A DNA stretch of 64,000 nucleotides from NCBI RefSeq assembly GCF_009914755.1, contig NC_060933.1; one strand, given 5' to 3'. How positions within the stretch are numbered: the first letter of the stretch is position 1; every line of letters starts with the position of its first letter. The position numbers and the translations under genes are program-made. Source of the DNA: the human T2T-CHM13v2.0 reference genome, Homo sapiens. Below, in pieces: positions 51,713 to 64,000 of the stretch. The notes beneath the pieces were generated by a model. It was not told where the DNA came from. It saw only the letters and a list, made by a program, of their open reading frames with translations, and made no database searches.

Positions 51713-54265
51713 GTATGTTCCACCAAATGGAGTTTTGAGTAAGTAGAAAAAGTTTTGTCACAACCTGAAATCCAGACTTCTAGGAGGTTCTCCTGGCATT
51801 GAGAATCTAACTTTGGTGTCTACTATATCCCCACTTCATTGTTTTCTCCTAACCAGCATTCTGATTCCCAACACAAAGTGAAACGTTCAATCCTAGAGCA
51901 CTATGGACCCACAAGGGAAGAAAATGTAATAAAACTATTGATAATATTGAAGACTTTTCACTCCTTTAAACATCTTAGTCAATAGATATTTATTGGGCAC
52001 TACCTGAGGAAAAAAAATTTCTTAAATTAGAATTATTAGGGAAAGGATATTGAAGAGGACATGAAAAGAACAATGGCAGTTGCCTGCAATTTGGGGGAGT
52101 CCTTCTGAGGAAGTACCCTGATCAAAAAAGGAACTTCCAGGAATTGGTCACATGTCTGAAGGGAGAAGATAGCAGTGGCCTAAATGGGCATGCATCCAGC
52201 ACAGTGTCCAAAGTGGGAGGTGTCATGGAAAAGAAAGCCACAGAAATTAAAGAGGTCTATGTCCCGATGTCATTTCTGTCCTGTTGCTGAGACTTTCGCT
52301 TGTTTCTTCTTCTGCTTATGCTCACTTTTGATAGCTGTGACATGACACTCCAAAAGGAAGTGTTAAGTGTAGACTTCAGTCATCTTTGATCTGGCCCTGC
52401 AGCTGATTAAACTTCAGTGTTAATGTCCTACTGGAAGCTTCCCTTGAGGAAAGCATATGTTTTCTCAGAACCACACATTTAGCTCCTTGATTATTTTTAA
52501 GTTGGTATATTCATGTTTATTAACTTTGATTGTCCCCAGATTTGTGGGGTCTTTAAAGGGCAGGAGATTTCTCACAGGTATACCGTATTTACAGTCCCCT
52601 TCAAATCTAACACAATGTTGAACAAACAGTATTTGCTCTTAAAAAACTTGCTGAATCAATTTCTTTCATTTTATCAGGAGTTTTTCACTTCTCGGCTTAA
52701 AAAAGTAACCCCACCGAAGTAACATAGAAATATAAATCAACTCCAAATAGCGCAAACAGTAAAAACCTGAAGGATACTACCTGCTATTCTCCAAGCACAC
52801 ACAAAAAGCAATGTTTTAACACTTATGTGAGTCTTTGGGCCTCTTATCTCTGACACCGTCCTTATATTTTAACACAATGCAATTTTCTTTTGTTCTCAGT
52901 TTCCCACTGCTGCTGTATTGTACCATGCTTAGGAAATTCAGGGGCCATACATAAATTTTTATACTAAAATTTGCATTCAACACTGGCTTGTTTCAGGTAT
53001 ACATAAACATAAGCACACTACAAATTATTACCTGAACCAAACAACAAATAAGAATTTAAATTTCCCATTAATAGCACATGAGGGTGTGTGTCTGACACTA
53101 AACTGCTGAATATTTGCTCAGTAAAAGCACAGGCAACAAGTCCAAGCACCAGGAAATCTACATGCCAGCTGAAGTTTGAGTCATCTCAGGCCTCATCAGG
53201 CAAAGCTGATAAATAGCTTTTCCTGTTTAAGAGGAGGGTGATGGATGGCAATGCTGGTTTCAGACAAGTGAAATGCAATGATTATCATAAATCATCAAAG
53301 ACCAATGGTGTCACTTTATTAGCACTGAGATTGCAGAGGACAAGTCTTGATATGCTCCTCCGAGACACAACTATTTATACAGAAACCACCTCTTTTTATC
53401 TTGAGGTCCTTGCATCTCTTTAAGGAAAAATAAAAATATTTAAAAAAAATAAACTCAAATCTATGGTATTTTCACACAGTTGATTCCTAACTTTTTCATT
53501 GCAAGGAGCAAACAAAACTAAGACTTTGTTCTGATACAGAATAATAGAAATATCTTCTCTTCAGTGTAAGTTGTATTAATTCAGAAGCATACAGGGGAAT
53601 CACTCAGCTAACAAAGTGACTTGTTCAACAAAAGAACACATTGCAGTATATTATGCTCTAAATCCTGGTTAGTATTTTCTAAGTGGATTGAACCCAGACG
53701 AAGGCAAGAACAATCCCCAAAACTTTTGTAAATTTTAAGACAATGCCATATATTAATAATATCAGTGCTAAATTAATGTATTGATTGCTTTGATTTTCAT
53801 ATGATTGCCAATTTTTACTTTATTTTCCCCTTTCATAGGTGATGCTTTAAAAAGGACTTTAATCATAGTAATTTATTATATTTTATGTCATGATTACAAT
53901 TTCATTCAATGCTAATTCTAACATTCGCCTTGTGCCCAGTCTTTTTGCAGTGAATTTAATGCTTAGAAGGTTTAACAATGTTACTTTCAGGACACTTGCA
54001 GATCATCAAATTATTCCAAATCCTGTGAAGTTTTATCAGTATATATAAACATTGTAGAAGATGCTTCTTTCCTCAAGCTAATATTTGTGCCATATAATTA
54101 GTGAAAAAGATAAAATTATCATTATTATTATTATGTTTCATTTGGAGAAATGGACAGCATTTCTCCACAGACTATTTCAGTTTGTATTCTCTTGGCATTC
54201 CAGTATGTAAATACTAAAATCTCAAAATTATAATAATCCCACTCAATTCACGGTTTGGTTTCCTT

Positions 54266-54677
54266 AGTGCCCATCAACAGTGGATTAAAGAAAATGTGGT
54301 ACATATATACCACAGAACACTACACAGCCATAAAAAGGAACAAAATCATGCCCAGTGCAGCAACATGGAGCTGGAGGCCATTATCCTCAGTGACCTAACA
54401 CAGAGACAGAAAGCCAAATACCACATGTTCTCACTTATAAGTCAAAACTAAACATTTAACACGTATGATTGTAAAGGTGAGAACAGTAGACACTGGGAAT
54501 CCCTAGATGGGGTGGGAGAGAGGAGGTTGTAGCCTGAACTGCCTGTTGGGTACTATGTTTATGGCCTGAGTGACAGGATCATTGGGACCCTAAGCCTCGG
54601 TATCACACAATTTGCTCATGAAACAAAACTGCATGTGTGCCCTTTAATCTATAATAAAAGTTTAATTTTTAAAAAAG
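54266..54677 (+). mobile_element. Primate L1 (L1PA/L1PB-type) 5'-truncated 3' end
   Basis: GGATTAAAGAAAATGTGGTACATATATACCA...CATGTTCTCACTTATAAGT...AATAAAAG and an A tail. Confidence 0.9.
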
Positions 54678-55669
54678 ACAAGGCAGGTAGGATATTTGAA
54701 ATGGGATATGAAACACAAAGAGAGAAAACTTCAGTGAGAATAAGGTGGTGTAATGGCTTATAGCCTTCACTATCCATGTCATCATCTTCTACAAGCAGAT
54801 CTCCAGAGAAAACACAAAAGGAATAGAAAAAGAGAAAGAAAGGTGAGCACAGAGGGAAGGTATCAAAGAAAAACTAAAGAAGGAAAAATGGAGACAGTTA
54901 CAACAAGGTTATTTTATACAGACGATGAACAAAACTCACAGCATTAAGTAAAAATAATTTTTTCCTTTATAAAAACAGAATTCTGAAATGAATTGACACA
55001 TATGCATATTCATCAAGCTGATATTATTTTCATCTATTCATTCATTCATTCAAAAAGTAAACTAGATCTTGTTAATTGATTATTAATGATGTTAAAGAAA
55101 TTTTCATATTTGTAAAAGGCTTTTCCTCTCCTTTAAAACTGTAAAGTATCCATACGCCTTATCTTTCTCTCACTTTCTTCACCTTGGACTTCAGAAGCCT
55201 TTAAGGACATTTGTTTTCTCTCCAGTTCAAGAGAACTGGCACTTATGGCTGGGTGTAAGCTTATAGGAGAGAAAAGAAGAAAATTCAGGATTCATATCAT
55301 TATCTAATTAAGTACAGTCAGGGTCTTATGCAAGGTTTTTATGTTCATTTGGAATTTCGGAATAAAATCTTATTTGTGACTGTGAACTTTTTTTTTGGTA
55401 AGAATACAACAGGCAATTTCATGGACATGCAAAGATGAGAAGTAAAATAAGATGATCTTACGGGGAATGAAATTAGAAACTCAGAAAACAATTTCTCTCA
55501 ATCTCTCTCTTCTTTTCTCTCTTTTTTAACATAGTGCTTTCCTCTGCTGTGGAATATTATATGGTACAGGGTTTAAGGGTTCCTTTGTTAAATGCATTTC
55601 ATTGTCTTAAGTAAACACAATAGACAAAAATACTTGCTGGACATACTTAAAACCAAGCACATGGTAATT

Positions 55670-59139
<3,470 letters not shown>

Positions 59140-60050
59140 TCTTTGGAAGTCAGTTTTTAATAAAGAATAAGAAAGGAATTTCCCAATAGTCATTGCCAAT
59201 CTAATCCCTGTAGAAACAGTAGGCTGGGCGTTGACCAATTGCCAAACTTTCTCAATTGCTAACGTTTAGAAGTATGCATTTAATCTTCTGTGTCAGCTAA
59301 AAAAGCTTTCACAGTGGACAACTCTAGATTACAGGAGCATTATGGGAACAGCCTTTTGTGCTTTCACTGAGATAGCAATTGCTGAGTTGGTAAATCCAAA
59401 GATCCAGGATATGTCTAGAAAAGAGTATATGTCTTCACATTTGCTGTCTTCTGCGTCAGAGAACCCATGCTATTTAGTTGGCCTAAAATATCCTGTTTTA
59501 GACAGTGGTCATAAGAAGGTGACCAGGTTGCCCTGTTTAAGTGCTGTACCCCAAATAATTGGTTTCTATGTTTACAAAGTTGATTTAGAAATGAGAATTG
59601 GTTTACAGGACTATTTCTGCAGGAGAAGTGGGGTTCTCCCAGTGCATAAAATAAAAAGCTGGAAGGGAAGTGATGTTTACAGAGAAAAACTCTAATCTAA
59701 ATCAAAGTCACCAAAGAAGTTCAATTTTTCCCAGGATACCAATATTAGTGCACAAGGCTTAGAATCTAGGCTAGAATTTTATATTTTGTGGTAATAGTGG
59801 AGAAGAATAACATTATGAATATATTCTATGGATTTGTCTAAGTATCTTTGAGAGTCCTTTATAGCACCTCAAATTGGATTGAGACTTACGATCTTCATGT
59901 TTAGCAACCATTATCCACATATCATTAGCTATATACTTATTTTATCATTTTGAAACACATAAGCAGCACCAAACGTATTCACATCTATAAAGAAAACATA
60001 TTTTAAAAGTTAAGTATTTTACCAATGTACCTTTTAAAATTAAAAATATA

Positions 60051-60120
60051 GAAAGAAAAAAAGAAGAAAAAGAAAGGAAGAGAAAGAAAGAAAGAAAGAA
60101 AGAAAGAGAAAGAAAGGAGA
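60051..60120. repeat. (GAAA)n purine-rich microsatellite
   Basis: Seen directly. Confidence 0.9.
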
Positions 60121-61000
60121 ATCTATAATGGTTTGTTGTACTTCGAATTACCAAAAAAAAAAAAAAAAAAAACTAGTTTTAATGCCCTCAACTTACTAAT
60201 TGTATTTTATCTCTTGTGTTTGGAAATTAATTACCAAGTGCGGTAAGGGAGAAGGGATAGATGCCCTTCCCCTTTTCTTGTGCAACCACCTCCCACAGTA
60301 CAAACCGATATGCATAGGATGACATCTCATTTGGATCTCATTGTTTTGTCTTGGAAAGCAGATATCAGTGGTACATGGGGAACTGAAGTATTTGTTGAAG
60401 TAAATAATAATCTGCTCTGTTCTGGAAACTTTATTTTGCACTCAGAATAATATTTAAAAATATAGACATTAAAAATGTAATAAGGTCTTAAGAATGAAAT
60501 GCACTATAGGGGCATTTCCTTTTCTACATTTTTCCACAAATAAGGAAATGTTTAAAAATACCAAAACTAATAAAGATTTTTAGCAACCCTTAGTCTTGAG
60601 GTTCTCTGAACCAGTTATTCTCTCTAAAGACTTTGGAGGCTATGGGATCCATTGTTCATTGGGTCAAAGAAACTAATCATAGTCCCTCCCTAAAAAATAA
60701 GTTTAAGACCCATTGTAAATCCCGGACAGAGCTTTGTGCTACTTTCTTTACACCCACTCTTTTTCCAGAGTCAGAAGCCAGAAATATTTGGTGTAAATAA
60801 ACTTTGACCAAGCTTATGAGGACAAACCGACTTAGACAGAATGTGAATTGAGTATACTGTATACTCCATAAGTAACAGGTAATCAAATGAAGTTTTAAAT
60901 GTTAAACCCACTTGAAAATGTCTTACTTTCTCTCTTCATAAATGCAATTATTTGTGTGATGTATCAACGTAAATAAGCTCATTTAACTGAAATTCTCTTA

Positions 61001-61234
<234 letters not shown>

Positions 61235-62984
61235 TCAAACAAAACTTTAGCAGTTATGTTCAATTGAACATAGTTAAAATAAGTCACACAATAGAAAAAT
61301 CTAAGTTAGTAGAGCTTACAACTAGACATGGTGAAACATGAATAAAATATTCTACTTAAATTACTGTGACACTGTATCTCTTTTTAAAAAATGCATACAA
61401 GAAGGCAGAGGAATTGATAATCCAAGCACTTAAAGCTGAGTTCTGAAATCTATATTAAGGCATTTTTATGACACACAGCAGAGAAACCAGAATGACTAGT
61501 CTCATGTGAGTTTAGTTTTAAGTTTCTCCATCAACTTATTGCATCCCCTTAGGAAAATTTATTAACTTTGCAGTTTTTCACCATCTGTAATATGGGAATA
61601 AAATATTTGGTCTTTAGTGGTATCTTCTTCAGTGCCGTCTCCAAATGCCAGGTGACCAGCATCTCTGAAGATAGTGGTTCATTCAAATGTCTGGGTCATT
61701 CTCAACAGTGTTGATAAAACAAGGACAGACTGTATTAATCTTTATAGACTTAAAAACATAGCTTCAATAACAAATGTACAGTGAATAAAGAGTTCTGTTT
61801 TGACTTTTGCAAGACGAATTTTTAGCATAAGGTAGACCAGAAAATGACTGAAGGAAAACTGTGAAGAACTCTTAAAAGGTGGAAAAAAACCCCACCTTAT
61901 TTGATTTACATCCTTATGATCACAAAACTAGCAGCACACCTTTCAATTCTCCCTACTCCTTTTTAGGAAATTGCAAATTATAAAACTATCACAGAGAAAT
62001 ATTTCTTACTCCTTTAGGTACATAATAAATAAAACAGCCATTGACCTTATCATAAGAGCCTTATGACTTTTTTTTTCTGTACTGGTGAGCTACATGAGTT
62101 ATAAAACTCACATAACAGAGATAAACTTAGTTAACCTGTTGTAACAAAAATAAGATGGTCTCTTCAGTGTCACAGAGATGAGCCCCACAACTAACAATTT
62201 GCTAAGCAGCCAAATAAAGCATTCTGTCACTTCTTTAATATTCATTTTTTGTCTAGGTTATTTTGTCTCCTAATTTATGATGTTTATGAGCACAAAGTTT
62301 CTGGATTCTTCTTTTGAGACCATTTCAGTAAGAAACAAATAAGTAGAGTCCTTGGTCATGTTGCCTGCTGGCTATTTATAAATTCCTTGTGACACATTCA
62401 AAAAACTTAAGAAGAGTTGCTTCATAGGATCTCTTATCTTACAGTGATGATTTCTTTATTTCGGTTTCAAAATTTAATGTTATTCTCTAATTTTATGGAG
62501 AAAATTGTATTATTTTTCATTTTATTCTGAACGTTTTCTCCCTTTGAAAGGTGCTTACTTTAAATAACTCATAATTAATTATTAATTTTCTACATCAGGA
62601 AATGTATTTGCTTTATTGTTCTTAAAGTGTTGTTTAACGTCCTCCTAAGGGATACTCTATACCTATTGTTTCATAACACAGAGTATCAATAGCAATCTTG
62701 GTAAATCATCACCCAGGAACTATTGCTTAGCTTTTCACATGCAGATACTATATTTTGTCAGCACAGCTAGGATGAAATTTTAAAAGCAGTTTCAAATTTA
62801 ACAAGTTCAATGACATATAAACCAGATTGATTAATTAAAGTTGATATACCTAAGAGGAATCAGAATACTGAAGTGTGCATGAACAACTCATTCTCTTCCT
62901 ATGTATTAACTTAATAATGCCAATGTGTCCATTTAAGCTGAAATGTGAACATCACATAAATATTCAAAGTCCACGTGACTTGAC

Positions 62985-63362
62985 CTGGTGGCCATGAAAA
63001 TGTACCTCTCAGATCTCCTATTTAGGGGATTATAATTGATTGATGACCGTAGCTGCTGTACACTGATTTCACCACCTTGTTTATACCAAGGCCACTACAA
63101 TGATTTCACCACCTTGTTTATACCAAGGCCACTACAATGGGTCGTTAACTCTGTATAGAGAGCACTAGGGCAAGTCCCGTGAGATGAAGGATTTCTGTAA
63201 CAGATGGGTTTGAGTGCTGGACTCCCCGCTGGCCTCGCTGAAACTTTATAAGAACTGCATGAGCATTGAAGAATTTTTCTCCCAACCTTCCATGCCTCTC
63301 TTTCCCCCATATCTCACATATAAGAATCAAGCCTGTGGTTTACAGTAGCCCAATCCTCTTGG
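62985..63362 (+). mobile_element. ERVL LTR (LTR16-like)
   Basis: TGGTGGCCATGAAAATGTACCTCTCAGATCTCCT start; family assigned from recall. Confidence 0.55.
63064..63137. repeat. Perfect 37 bp tandem duplication
   Basis: TGATTTCACCACCTTGTTTATACCAAGGCCACTACAA x2. Confidence 0.97.
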
Positions 63363-64000
63363 ATTGTCATATTGTTTTAAAATATTTATATAAACATTTC
63401 AGTTTAGCCCTACAGATGTGAGTATTTTGAGTAAATTGACATATTTTTTCCTAACCAGTTATGTATTGTAGTTCATAACATTACAAGTTTGTAGGAAGCA
63501 TTTTACTGGGTTCCCAAGTAGTAAACACCAAAAGATAATAATATAAAATTATAAGGGGTTGTGTTATTCATCAAAATTAAAAATTTCTAAGAATCCTTGA
63601 CTAAAATTTTATATTATAAATCTACTAAACATTAACAGATTTAAAATATTTATGCAGCCAGATCTAAGTAAGTATCCACATAACTATAAAACCTGCAATG
63701 CCCCAACATTTGAAGAAATCAAAACAAAAATATAATGTCCTGATTCTGCTCTCAGAATAATTTCTTTTATGTAATGTGCCAATTAGAAAGTCTATACATT
63801 ATCCTCAATTCTGCTTATGGATTAGGAAGAACCCATGAAAATGTGTAGGAAAATCTAAACATTCTGAAATGCATAGAAAGAAATAAAACAACATAGTGAA
63901 ATAATTGTTTGTTTAGTTAGTTTACAAAAGAGATGAAAAATAAATGTGGTAGATATTTGTGAAATGATGAAAAGATGTTGTGTAGAAAAATTGTTGATAT

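Overview
Eukaryotic, AT-rich hominoid (most likely human) genomic DNA, as shown by an SVA retrotransposon at 1-1734 plus Alu, L1, L2, MIR, CR1 and ERV remnants. No intact protein-coding gene can be supported, and almost all ORFs in the track come from repeats, the CpG island or chance. A CpG island at about 23.75-26.95 kb looks like a bidirectional promoter. On the + strand it carries apparently non-coding first exons, followed by a long repeat-rich intron-like region that runs to the end of the window. On the - strand, several strong splice donors in the island point into a chain of roughly 20 small AG/GT-bounded segments at 2.0-22.8 kb. These segments sit in clusters with very short introns, and many join in a compatible reading phase, but they carry many in-frame stops. 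The best reading is a large, long-decayed multi-exon (unitary-type) pseudogene whose promoter survives. I could not name either gene from sequence alone, and repeat subfamily names are from recall and need RepeatMasker/Dfam confirmation.
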